The notes below the pieces were generated by a model that was not told where the DNA came from, ran no database searches, and saw only the letters and a list, made by a program, of their open reading frames with translations. 64,000 bases of DNA from Octopus vulgaris (Eukaryota): NCBI GenBank assembly GCA_951406725.2, contig OX597817.1, positions 12,214,001 to 12,278,000 of the forward strand. The letters are read 5' to 3'. Of the stretch, positions 53,301 to 63,797 are shown one piece after another (the first letter of the stretch is position 1; every line of letters begins with the position of its first letter). Made by a program: the position numbers and the translations under genes.

Positions 53301-56264
53301 AATGTAAAGATGGACGAAATACCGCTGAGCATTTTTGCACAGCACCAAAATTCTGCTAACTTGCAGCCTTAATAATAATAATCCTTTCTGCAATAGGCAC
53401 AAGGCCTGAAATTTTGGGGGAGGGGATTAATCGGTTACATCTAATCAGTGTTTCACTGGTACTTAATTTATTGACCCTGAAAGGATGAAAGGTAAACTCA
53501 GCAGAATTTGAACCCAAAATGTAGTAAGAGGTAAAATACCTATTTCTTTACTACCCACAAGGGGCTAAACACAGAGGGGACAAACAAGGACAGACAAATG
53601 GATTAAGTCAATTATATCGACCCCAGTGCGTAACTGGCACTTATTTAATCAACCCTGAAAGGATGAAAGGCCAAGTTGACCTCGGCGGAATTTGAACTCA
53701 GAATGTAACGGCAGATGAAATACCGCTAAGCATTTCATCCGGTGTGCTAACGATTCTGCCAGCTCACTACTGCCTTGACGATGCCAATGACAACTGCTAA
53801 TGTCATAAGATAGATCCAGTTGTTAGGGAAGTGGAGGGGATTATCATAATAAAAATACAGAAATTTATGTTCTATTACTTTCTATAAGAGTAAAACCAGT
53901 AATTCTTCGTGTTTTACTAAGACTACATTTATGAATCCAAGAACATGTGTTTACTTTATTCTTTAGACTTCTGTTCCCATGAAAACAACTCTCAACTGCT
54001 TCACAATTCACTCTGCTCACAGGATACTGGACAGTGTACTCATGTTGCACATTTTGGACTCTACAAATAAAATTAAAAATAGGCCATCTCCCTCATTCGA
54101 AAACTCTAGTTTACTTACCAACTTATTCAAGAACAATTTGCTCATAGCCCCTCTCTCTCTCTCTCTCTCACTCACTTTTTTTTTAACCCAAGCAGCAAAC
54201 AGCAGTATGCCAAACAAACAAAAAAGTCATACAGAAATTTATTTAATCACATTTTATCTTATTTATTTACTTTAATTAATTAATGAATTATTCTTTATTT
54301 ACAAATTAGATCTACTGATTAAAAAAAATATGAAAAAAAAAACAAACCTTAACTAAACAAGTTAACACCCAAAACAGTTATGACTAAGAAATATTCCAAC
54401 AAGATTATAGTATCACAGAGGAAGTGCTTCAGACGCCCAACACAGTGTTATGACTAAGAAGCAAAAACGGTTTGACATTTCAACAGGCTAAAAAGGACCT
54501 AACTATTTGGTTATGATGGTGGACAACTCCTGCTCATACTTGTTTCATATTCTAGCAAGAAAATAAACTGTTTTGATCAGTCAGGTCTAACTTGTAATAG
54601 TAAAAGACTTGACGAGAAATGAGACACGTTCATATTTTTTTAATCTGAAGACCCAACATTCAACCCATTCTGTGTTTATATTATCTTCCAAATATATATC
54701 ATACAGGATACAAAATGTTTATAAGCTTGTTCCAAGATGATTGGATTGGGTATTAAAACTAATTTTATACTCATTTAAAACTCATTTTATATACTTCTGA
54801 ATGCACTTTTCCTTTTTTTAATGATATCCAGATATTCCTTGAAAATATTAGGCACAGGAATGGCTGTATGATAAGAAGTTTGCTTCCCCACCATGTGGTT
54901 TTGGATGAAGTCCCACTGCATAGAAAGTGTCTTCTACTATAGCCCTAAGCCAATGAAAGCCTTGAGAATGCAAGTGTCTTCTACTATAGCCCTAGGCCAA
55001 TGAAAGCCTTGAGAATGGATCTGGTTGACGGAAACTGAAAGAAGCCCATCATTATGCCCCACCCCACTACACCACCCTGGCTCCTGCAGACTACCCAGCC
55101 CTGTCATCTATCTTGTACTCTGCCTGTCAACTCTATCATCATTGTTATCCTGACACTTGCCCCATCTTACTCTCTTATACATCCCTCTACTTTCCTTACC
55201 TGAGGGTTCATTGATCATCCATCCTTCAACCCTACCCAATTTTTACAGTTAATCTACCTCATTATTCCCTCATCTTCTCCTCCCCAAACAATCTTGCGAA
55301 TCACCCACTTATCCACTTCTACTCACCTTGTGATTTGAGGGGCCACACAAGCACCCTATCCTCATTATTTCTTTGCTGCTCCTACTGATCATTTCCATTT
55401 TCTCTTCCTCTCCTTTCATCTGCTAAATATGAGCAGCCACGCAGATCCTCTTCAAGAACCAGTTCTGACTCCCTACCACACTTCACTCATACTTTATCCC
55501 TTTGTCCCCTAGCATGATGCTGGCCCCACCTCCCATGGGATTCATAGTTCTGCAAGCTGCATGGAAACCTTGATAATGCTGGTGAAATGAAACAAGCACC
55601 AAATACATGCTATAAAGTGGTTGGAGTTAGGAAGGGCATTCAACCATAGAAACAGGAGCACAATGCAGTCCTTGGACGTATCAGATCCTATCAAATCCAT
55701 CCAACCCATGCCAGCATGAAACATGGTCCTCAAATGATGAAGATGATATTTGTGTTTATATATGTACGTGCATGTATGGGGTTACTATCACCATGAGGGT
55801 TGGTGACAGGAGAGACACCCAGCCATTGAAAATCCATCTCAAAATATTCCATCCAACCCACACAAGCATAGAAACAGACATTAAAACAATGATGATGATG
55901 AAACTCTTCATTTTGATATGTTTGATATTTTCCATAAGAATCCACAAAATGTGTTTGTTGCTCTGCTTTGGGTAACACTTAAAATCAGGCAATGTTCCTA
56001 AAGCTGGATGCCCTTCCTAACACCAGCCACTCCAAGAATGTAGTGGGTGCTTTTTACGTGCCACCAACACAGGAGTCAACTGATGGATAAACAGCCTAAA
56101 TATTTATTATTGACTGAGGATAAGATAGTCAACAATAAGAAAAACATCAACAAAAACAAATAAAATTAGACACCACAATACTTACATTCGATCGTCTAGA
56201 ATGAGAGCACGGAGACCAGCTCCACTTTTGTCATCTGCTTTCTTTGAAAAACAGGTGTCACTCA
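24996..56264 (-). CDS. GPHN: Gephyrin (molybdenum cofactor biosynthesis / inhibitory-synapse scaffold), partial multi-exon gene: G (MogA-like) domain plus start of linker
   Basis: Six GT-AG exons splice in frame to (V)[149 protein letters not shown]... This contains the MogA/gephyrin motifs [16 protein letters not shown] and GIRGxTLxINLPGS. Confidence 0.95.
27418..27811 (-). mobile_element. RTE-clade LINE 3' fragment with 11-bp TSD
   Basis: [21 protein letters not shown]-terminus; (CAAGA)-type tail; CAGGATCAAGT at 27407-27417 and 27812-27822. Confidence 0.8.
29994..30038 (-). ncRNA. Type I hammerhead ribozyme (same sense as gephyrin pre-mRNA)
   Basis: Exact reverse complement of 30421-30465. 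Confidence 0.9.
30421..30465 (+). ncRNA. Type I hammerhead ribozyme
   Basis: CTGGG-CTGATGA-C-GGGT(TAAG)ACCC-A-GAAA-CATGCATG-TC^CTCAG: complete core, stems I and II, palindromic stem III, predicted GUC cleavage after 30460. Confidence 0.9.
31515..31910 (-). mobile_element. SINE family B copy
   Basis: Homologous to 59801-60185. Confidence 0.8.
32594..32679. repeat. Compound (AGT)n(AAT)n microsatellite
   Basis: Direct inspection. Confidence 0.95.
33976..34659 (+). mobile_element. Helitron PIF1-type helicase C-terminal relic
   Basis: [24 protein letters not shown] and [24 protein letters not shown], with in-frame stops. Confidence 0.88.
34846..35141 (+). mobile_element. Non-autonomous Helitron, internally deleted
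   Basis: A|TCTATATA...CCCGAGCAACGCCGGG..CTAG|T. Confidence 0.8.
35776..35971. repeat. Near-perfect ~196-bp palindrome with no spacer
   Basis: Axis at 35873/35874; one mismatch seen (gagac vs gagat). Confidence 0.92.
36787..37398 (+). mobile_element. RTE LINE 3' end (C-terminal coding, hairpin-repeat 3' UTR, (GAT)n tail); shows the origin of the most abundant repeat in the window
   Basis: [24 protein letters not shown] followed by GTGCCGGTGGCAC-type modules and GATGAT tail. Confidence 0.8.
38531..38749. mobile_element. hAT-type MITE
   Basis: TIR CAGTG(C/G)TTTTCAACC; 8-bp TSD ATGTAGGA on both sides. Confidence 0.9.
39810..40205 (-). mobile_element. Non-autonomous Helitron (same family)
   Basis: TC/CTAG termini and homologous body. 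Confidence 0.85.
40635..40910 (+). mobile_element. RTE 3'-UTR-derived repeat copy
   Basis: Family body and tail. Confidence 0.75.
40996..41062 (-). CDS. GPHN: Gephyrin coding exon, 67 nt
   Basis: ctccatag|ATTAGTG...TCTAAG|gtaaga; encodes [22 protein letters not shown]. Confidence 0.95.
41436..41656. mobile_element. piggyBac-type MITE (same family, opposite orientation) nested in a SINE
   Basis: TTAA|CCCTTTCATTAC...GTAATGAAAGGG|TTAG; host SINE at about 41225-41750 resumes after it. Confidence 0.8.
42937..43031 (-). CDS. GPHN: Gephyrin coding exon, 95 nt
   Basis: ttggcag|GCTACC...TCTCG|gtatga; encodes [31 protein letters not shown](R). Confidence 0.95.
43307..43682 (-). mobile_element. tRNA-derived SINE, family A
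   Basis: Near-identical to 59357-59740. Confidence 0.85.
43735..43950 (-). mobile_element. CR1/L2-type reverse transcriptase fragment
   Basis: [29 protein letters not shown]. Confidence 0.75.
44203..44750 (-). mobile_element. GC-richer non-coding interspersed element in (TA)n, possibly a non-autonomous RTE derivative
   Basis: Sharp GC step between TA tracts; GGGCATCCTTCTAGGAGAAGG motif reminiscent of RTE 5' UTRs; no ORF. Confidence 0.4.
45256..45348 (-). CDS. GPHN: Gephyrin coding exon, 93 nt
   Basis: tttcacag|GATATT...CCAGAG|gtaagt; encodes [31 protein letters not shown]. Confidence 0.96.
46039..47299 (+). mobile_element. Full-length (1261 bp) Tc1/mariner DD37D (maT-type) transposon with pseudogenised transposase
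   Basis: TIRs CAGGGTGCATAAGGTATTTGAG / CTCAAATATCTTATGCACCCTG; TA on both sides; 37 residues between FQ*D and NPLD; [13 protein letters not shown] motif; internal stops. Confidence 0.92.
48454..48511 (-). CDS. GPHN: Gephyrin coding exon, 58 nt
   Basis: ttttatag|TATTCCAG...ATTAAG|gtttg; encodes [19 protein letters not shown]; phases match both neighbouring exons. Confidence 0.88.
48767..49190 (-). mobile_element. RTE 3'-UTR-derived repeat copy (others at about 25364-25518, 28273-28566, 29380-29562, 57963-58300)
   Basis: Family body in reverse. Confidence 0.75.
49890..50152 (+). mobile_element. Short 5'-truncated copy (3' end) of the same Dong-like element
   Basis: Near-identical to about 52458-52723; flanked by (TAA)n. 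Confidence 0.9.
50121..52547 (+). CDS. Retrotransposon RT-RLE polyprotein ORF (808 aa); the first ~61 codons derive from an upstream 3' UTR copy and poly-Asn microsatellite
   Basis: ORF track; RT and RLE motifs begin at DRVPNFWL. Confidence 0.75.
50304..52723 (+). mobile_element. R4/Dong-clade non-LTR retrotransposon (RT, CCHC knuckle, restriction-like endonuclease), 5'-truncated, inserted in (TAA)n
   Basis: Uninterrupted ORF to 52547 with [27 protein letters not shown] and [15 protein letters not shown]; (AAT)n on both sides, the known Dong target. Confidence 0.9.
52960..53180 (-). mobile_element. Tx1/L1-like LINE C-terminal fragment
   Basis: LW.TR..G...[14 protein letters not shown]....KFNERW resembles Tx1 C-termini. 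Confidence 0.5.
56186..56264 (-). CDS. GPHN: Gephyrin coding exon, 79 nt
   Basis: tttcag|TGAGTGAC...GATCGAAT|gtaag; encodes (V)[25 protein letters not shown]. Confidence 0.9.
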
Positions 56265-58914
56265 CTGAAATGAATTAAATTAAATATGATTAAAGAAAAG
56301 GGAAAAGTGAAAGTGTGGATAAATTATTAAAGAATTATTAATAAAAACATAACAGAACACAAAGCAGAACTCAATATGTTAAACTCGTCACTTCTTAATC
56401 TTCATGTACAAGATCTGAGACTTGGGAATAAGAACTAAAAATACCAATTCTATTTCAGCTGTTATTTTGCCCCAGGTGAGAGCCATGGACAAATCATTCC
56501 AGCTAACCAGCAAGGTGTTTTTCTTTTTCAAGTAAAGTTTATCTAGGACTACATTACTCAATGTATCTTTCTTGTAACTTCAAAGATATTGTGAGACCAC
56601 AAGCAGGGTCTCTCATTGACAAAAACAGTACTTCAGCTTTTGGTATTTAACCCCAGGTCAACACTGAGCAAACAGACTTATGGTCAAAGATATTCCATTC
56701 AGCCATGACCATTCCATCTTTTTAAAAGAATGCAGGACTTACATTTTTGAATGTCCTTATGATGGTAACGTGTGATCTGAGAAGACCTGACTTCTGTTTC
56801 TAACAGATTAATTGACCATCTAGAGACACTCTTGTGGGCTCACATTCTATTTCTCTTAACTATTTTAAATATCTGAGTTCTAAAGATTTCTCTCAACAAG
56901 CCATTATATTTGTCTTTTTTTTTTTGAGAAAACATCATGCAACAATAGTTTCCAAGTGTCATGCAACAATGGTTTACAACTGTCATGCAACAATGGTTTT
57001 GTATTCATAGATGTCTTGCAAACAACTTGCACATGCAAGTGCTACCAGTTAAAAGCTCAGTATACCGGAAGCTAGCAAGTGTATGGGGTCATCAGGAGAG
57101 AATGCGCGCCGTTTCGGGGCCTACCTCTCGACGGCATCAATGCGCACCGGCCCCTCTCACTGATATGAGGCCCCGCTTGCTAGATCAGCTGGTTATGAAG
57201 TTAAACTCAATATACTTCTAGCCACTGCTCATCGTCTAGCAAAACAAAGGAATATTTAGAAGAAAACACTTAGGTTAGAACAGTGGGCCTCATGAACAAG
57301 ACAAGGCCTAAAACTTGAGGGAAGTGGTTTAGGAAATTAAATTGACCCAGTACTTGACTGGTACTTATTTTATCAACCTCAAAAGGATGTAAAGCAAAAC
57401 TGACCTTGGCAGAATTTTAACTCAGTTAAAACCAGATGACATGCCACTAGATGCATTTTGATAAGCATGTTAATGTCTCTGCCAGCTGACCACTTTAATG
57501 ATAATAATCCTTTCAACTATAGACACAAGGCCTGCAATTTTAGTGGGGCTGGTCAATTACATTAACTCCAGTGATCAACTGGTACCTATTTCATCTACCC
57601 TGAAAGATAAAAATGCCAAGCTGACCTCAGCAGAATTTGAATTTGGAGCATAAAGGTAGATTAACTGTCACTAAACATTTTGTCCGGAAAGCTAATGATT
57701 TCGCCAGCTTGCTACCTTAACAATAATAATAATGGCAGTTTCAAATATTAGCACAAGGCCAGCAAGTTCAGGAGAGGAGTTAAGTCAATTACATTGACCC
57801 CAATATTCAACTCGTACTTATTTTATAGAGCCACCAAAAGGACGAAAGGCAAAAATCAACCTCAGTGGAATTTGAACTCAGATCTGACAAACGAAGGACA
57901 AACGAAATGCCACTAAGCATTTTAGCCAGCGTGCTAACGATTTTGCCAGCTCACCACAATAATCATCATCATCATCATCATCATCATCATTATTTAGCAT
58001 CCGCATTCCATGCTAGCATGGGTTGGACGGTTCAACTGGGGTCTGGGAAGCCAGGAGGCTGCATCAGACCCAGTTTGATCTGGCAGATGTTTCTATGGCT
58101 GGATGCCCTTCCTAACGCCAACCACTCCGTGAGTGTAGTGGGTGCTTTTTACATGCCACCCGCACAGGTGCCAGACGGAGCTGCCAAACGGCCACGAATG
58201 GATGGTGCTACGTGCCACCGGCATGGGGGCCAGGCAAGGCTGGCAACGGCCACAAATGGATGGTGCTTTTTACGTGCCACCGGCACAGAGGCCAGTCAGT
58301 AATAATAATAATAATAATCTTAATTTGGTGCTCATATGCACTACAATTCATAGGAAAAGGGTAAAAGAGGAGACAGAAAGCAACAATAAGTCAAGTAAAA
58401 AATGACAGCAATAAAAGCCAAAAGTAGATGCACAGTATACAGAATAAAAAAAATAAAAAACCAAGACAGAAAAGTGAAGAGTGAAATAGGCCAAGGAGAG
58501 AATAGGGTGTGTATTCACATCAGAAATAGCAATGTCAAATTTCAAGAAGCTTAGAATTTTTTGAAGGAAGCCAAGTCCCAGTAGTTAACAACATAAGTAG
58601 TTTATTCCATGCTACCACTAGAGAAATTTATTCTATGCTAAAGATAATATAAGACAGAAATAGATGAAGAGAAGTTGTATAGCAGACTCCTCCAATCCAT
58701 GTTAGCCTTCAAAAAAGGTGATGGGTGTGCAGAATGTGAACGGAGAGAATAAGAAAAAGAATATAATAATAGAAATTTTTTAAAATTTCTAAGTCCCTCT
58801 AAAGGAGATTACGGCAGCGGTACTGGATATTAATAGTTATCGCCACGCTAATATGGTAGTCTTATATTTATGGACTACCATATTAGCTTGGCAAAAACTA
58901 TTAATATAATAATA

Positions 58915-59133
58915 ATAATAATAATGAAATTATTGTATACAGTGCTCAGGTGCACCACAACTTGTCAGAAAGTGTGTATAAAGTATAATGCAGTAATGTA
59001 AAAATGTCTGGAAAGCGAACAATGCATGAGTCAGATACATGCTTGCGTGTGTATGGAGGGGAGAAAATCAGGTGTAGTGTTGGCGAATCTCAGAAAGCAT
59101 GGAAGTTTTGAAGGATGCAGTGCTCCAACAACT
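58915..59133 (-). mobile_element. CR1-like LINE 3' end
   Basis: STASFKTSML-like C-terminus, short UTR and (TTA)n tail. Confidence 0.5.
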
Positions 59134-59356
59134 AATATTGGAAAAGCAAAAGAGGAGAAAAAGGATGTTGCAAATATGTTGTGACAGTTGAGGATGTTTG
59201 TAAATTTTTCCCTTTGTCTTCAACAAAAATTTGGTATTGAACATTAAGAAACAGAAATAGTGAATTTTCAATATATTCAAGGGTTGTTATTTAACTGGGA
59301 ACTTGGTCTGTTCTGTAAGTGGGATTGTTCCCACTGACAATTGATATAATGGATGG

Positions 59357-59740
59357 GAAGCACTCCGTCGGTTACGACGACGAGGGTTCCGGTTGATCCG
59401 AATCAACGGAACAGCCTGCTCGTGAAATTAACGTGTAAGTGGCTGAGCACTCCACAGACACGTGTACCCTTAACATAGTTCTCGGGGATATTCAGCGTGA
59501 CACAGAGAGTGACAAGGCCGGCCCTTTGAAATACAGGTACAACAGAAACAGGAAGTAAGAGTGAGAGAAAGTTGTGGTGAAAGAGTACAGCAGGGATCAC
59601 CACCATCCCCTGCCGGAGCCTCGTGGAGCTTTTAGGTGTTTTCGCTCAATAAACACTCACAACGCCCGGTCTGGGAATCGAAACCGCGATCCTATGACCG
59701 CGAGTCCGCTGCCCTAACCACTGGGCCATTGCGCCTCCAC
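59357..59740 (-). mobile_element. tRNA-derived SINE, family A (also 43307-43682; variant at 8325-8630)
   Basis: Head GGCGCAATGGCCCAGTGGTTAGGGCAGCGG..GGTTTCGATTCCC with pol III A/B boxes, then a non-tRNA body. Confidence 0.85.
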
Positions 59741-59800
59741 ATAATAGTTACAGTAAGAGTAGAATTTAACTTTAGCTGAATTTGTCTCATCATGCCTATA

Positions 59801-60185
59801 GGCGTAGGAGTGGCTGTGTGGTTAGTAGTTTGCTTACGAACCACATGGTTCCGGGTTCAGTCCCACTGCGTGACACCTTGGGCAAGTGTCTTCAACTATA
59901 AGTCTCAGGCTGACCAAAGCCTTGTGAGTGGACTTGGTAGACGGAAACTGAAAGAAGCCCGTTGAATATATATGTATATATGTATATGTTTGTGTGTCTG
60001 TGTTTGTTCCCCCAACATCGTTTCACAACCAATGCTGGTAACTTAGTGGTTCGGCAAAAGCGACCGATAGAATAAGTACTAGGCTTACAAAGAATAAGTC
60101 CTGGGGTTGATTAGCTCGACTAAAGGCAGTGCTCCAGCATGGCCACAATCAAATGAGTGAAACGAGTAAAAGACAGTAAAGAGAG
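59801..60185 (+). mobile_element. tRNA-derived SINE, family B, with internal (TA/TG)n
   Basis: GGCGTAGGAGTGGCTGTGTGG..GGTTCAGTCCC head; GTAAAAGA-type tail. Confidence 0.85.
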
Positions 60186-61904
60186 TATCCCCATCATTGT
60201 CTTATTGTCCACTCATCCATGATTTCATGAGTCTGACTGAATTTGTTGATGCAGATTTTCTACGGCCAGATGACCTTCCCATCGCCAACCTTTACTTGAT
60301 TCCAAGCAAAGCAATGTTTCCCCATGACTAGACATGTTTTACCCAAGAGCAGCAGGTTAAAACAAACATAGTAGCATAGCTAGCAGAGAGAGATTTTGCA
60401 AGGGGACAGTCCATCTCAGATGGCGCTTGTATGAGGGTGGAGCACTTTTTAGGCTAGTATAAGCGGTGGGGATGGCAAACACAAGGGCTGCCGTGGGCGT
60501 CACACATTCTAGCAACACCATCGAACAAATACCACAAGGTATTCTATTTAACGCTCCAACAATCCTGTCTGCTTGCTGTCGTGTGTATAATGTTTGTTAC
60601 AAAACCTTTCTACTATAGACACAAGGCCTGAAATTTGGGGGGAGGGGAAAGTCAATTGTGTCAGGGAAGATTGGAAATGAAGGACACTGCTTGCATGATG
60701 GTGATGCTCATTTACAACTATCATGTGATGTCCAGATAAGGAGATACAAATACACACATACATTCATACATATATGATGGGCTTTTTCAGTTTGCACCAA
60801 CCAAATCCACTTACAATGCTTTTGCTCAGCCTGGGGCTAAAGTAGAACTGCCCAAGGCGAACTGACTGAACAACAGATTGGGTAGGTATTTTCAACAATA
60901 GCCTTTTACCTAAGGGTAAAACTGCAGATAAAATTGCTATAAGATGAAAATTGTGGAAGCCCAATGACTGTGCCGTACCAGTAATTCAAAAGGCCAGCAT
61001 TGTTACACAGTGTCACACTGATTCTATCTGAGGATTAAATTTAAGTACAAGTATCCATGGAATATTAAGTCATTAACACTATAATTCATTAAAGAGATAA
61101 TCCTCTTCATTGAACAAGTGAAAACTCATTGTCAAAAGCAAGAAAAGATCCTTTCATTTAATGTATGTCTCTAAGTTTGCTTGATTGTTCACACCACTGC
61201 CAAATCTACTGAAGTCTTATCAGTACCAAAACAAAAATGGCTCTATGCATCAGCCACATAGCAATGCTTTTTCAAATATGTTGTATAAACTCTATGATGC
61301 AGTAGAGGAGGAGGACTAGGGCTGTTCCACCCAGCAGTGGCATAGCCAAAAGCTACCAAATCCACTCACAAGGCTAAAAGCTATGCCACTGCTGTGAATA
61401 GAAATAACCCATTTAAAGGCCTTTGTCATAAAACTTCCTTCTTCAGATTAAATAATAAAAAAAAGTCTTGATTTCAAATTTGCTTTGGGAATTTTATTCT
61501 CTAATCGTATCATTTTATATATATATCAGGTCAGCTAGTTGTCTGGAATAGGTAACAGATAGAATATTACCTGATATGGGCCAGAATCTAATCACAGATG
61601 GCATTAATCCTCATGTACATTCCAAATGTTTTTAATTTATCAAATCAACTGGCTGAGGAGTTTTACTATTTTTACAGTGGTTGTTTATGGCAACCGACCA
61701 GCTTTTAATATGGTTACTATAATGGCTAAAACAATTTAATGAAACAGTCCTCACAGAAAATCCAACTTTATAGCCACATTGCTTCACATAGCAAACTGAG
61801 ATCACCATACAAGAAAAAACAAATTACCTTTGAAAGATATTTTCCATTTGTATTATTAACTTAACTTAAAAATCTGTAGAAAAATTAAAGCATGCCCTTT
61901 CCTA

Positions 61905-63797
61905 AGGGGGTGCAATGGATGGCACTGCTCCCACACTTTTCAGTGGTGCACCCTCAGATGTGATGGGGTGTTGTGTGGTATGGTGTGGTGTGATTGTGTT
62001 CGGAGGTGGGGGAGGCGAGAGTGGAGAAAGCAAGAATGGGTGTGGGTAGAAGTGGGGTATGTGGGTAGGCTGAGGGTGGGGTAGAGGTAGGGTATGTGAG
62101 AGTGGGTGTAAGGGATGGGTGGGGTGAGATGGGATGGATACGGAAGGTGGGGTTGGATTGTGTAGGGGCAAGGTGAGGTTACAAGGGAGGGGGTGACAAT
62201 GAAGTGGGAAGGGAGAAGGTGGGTAGGAGTGTAGAGAAGAGAGAGGAGAGTAGAAGTGAAGAGAAGTAGGGGTTGGTGCAAGAGAGAAGAGAGAGGTAGG
62301 TGGGAAGGTGTGAGGGGGAGAGAGAAGAGGGGAGGAGGTTAGATGAAAAGGGGAGGAGAGTTGATCCCACGTGGAGCAAAGGAGCGAAGAGAGATTAATC
62401 CCTGTTCACGGCACAAACGGGAGTCTGGATGGCCACTGTGCGAGGACAATCTGACACAGACAGGTGTTGCAAAGAGTGACCGGTAGAGTGGAAATGGCAG
62501 GAGACTGGGGTGTCATTGCCAAGTCGGATGTCTCGGAGGTGTTTCACGAATTGGTCAGCCAAGCAGCGTCCCATTTGCCTGATGTATAGAGAAGGGCAGA
62601 GAGAGAGAGCAGGAGATGCAGTAGATAACATGGGTAGAAGTACAGGTGAAGGAGTCGGTGATGTGATAGGGTCGATGATGGGTGCCAGTGAGGAGGGTGG
62701 TGTTGGAGAGGTAAAGGCAAGTGTGGCAGCATGGGTGGGAGCAGGGGAACAAGCTGGGTTGGGAGGTTGGGTTAGGAAGAAGCTGAGGACCAAGAGGTCT
62801 CGTAGGTTGTGAGCTCATTTGAAGGAGGGTCAGTAAGGGAAATGTGCAAAGTGGAGGGGTCGACTGGAGTTGCCGGAAGGCTCAGAGAATGGTGCGTTGG
62901 AGAGATAGGATGGTGGGGTGGTAGGTGAGGGGAGATGGGAGACGGCGGGGCAGGTGTGGGGGGAGAGAGCAGGTGCATGATTCACAGAATGTGCTCTGGC
63001 AAGGGCAATGTGGATAGTGGTGAGGAGATATCCAAGTAGGATGAAGTGGTGAGCCATGAGTTGAGACTGTGTCTCAAAGTCATGGGCGTCACTACAGAGC
63101 CTGCGTAGACGGAGAAACTGGGAATAGGGGATAGAAAGCTTGGTTTGTTTAGGGTGGGAGGAGGAGAAGTTGAGGGATGAGTGTGAGTCTGTGTGTTTGT
63201 AGTGGATGGAGGTGGTGAGAGAGAGAAGTGATGAATGCTGACTGAAATGTCAAGAAAGGAGACAGAGGTGTCAGAGATAGAGCAGGAGAAGTGGAAGGCA
63301 GGATGGAAAGATTTGACAAAAGAGAGGAAGGAGTCTGAATGTTCGCAGAAGAGTGAGATCGCACCAATACAGTCGTCAATATAACGGCTGTATAGTTCAG
63401 GAGTGGGACCAGTGAAAATTGAGAACATTTGAGCCTCAACATAGCCAGCGAACAGGTTCGCATAGTTGGGGCCCATTCTCGTTCCCATAGCCACTCCCGA
63501 GACTTGCTGGTAAAAATCACCAGCGAATGAGAAGCAATTGAGTGAGAGGACAAGTTCGGCCAGACGAACGAGTGTGGTTGTGTCGGGTTGGGTCAAAGAT
63601 CAAGGAAATGTTGGAGTGTATGCAACCCCTCCTGGTAAGGCTCTGGATGTCGAGAGTGAAGAGAAGTTTAGAGGGGCTAGGAGGGAAGGAGAAAGAGTTG
63701 AACAAACGAAGCGCATGATTGGTGTCATGGATATGAGAGGGGAGGGAAGCTACTAGGGGGCAAGGACACGGTCAAGATATCTGGAGATGAGTTCAAT
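61905..63797 (-). mobile_element. Penelope-like retroelement (RT and GIY-YIG endonuclease), degenerate and 5'-truncated
   Basis: YQQVSGVAMGTRMGPNYANLF, RYIDD and FLDISV; GIY-YIG-like C..LYI..GR.LA..F..H..PVS.HF...H; frameshifts. Confidence 0.88.

Noticed and set aside
54925-55017. Short tandem duplications (also about 9000-9066 and 23288-23339)
   Set aside because: Ordinary slippage duplications with no further structure.
59660-59740. tRNA-like sequence
   Set aside because: It is a SINE head: the acceptor stem does not close and it runs into a multi-copy body.
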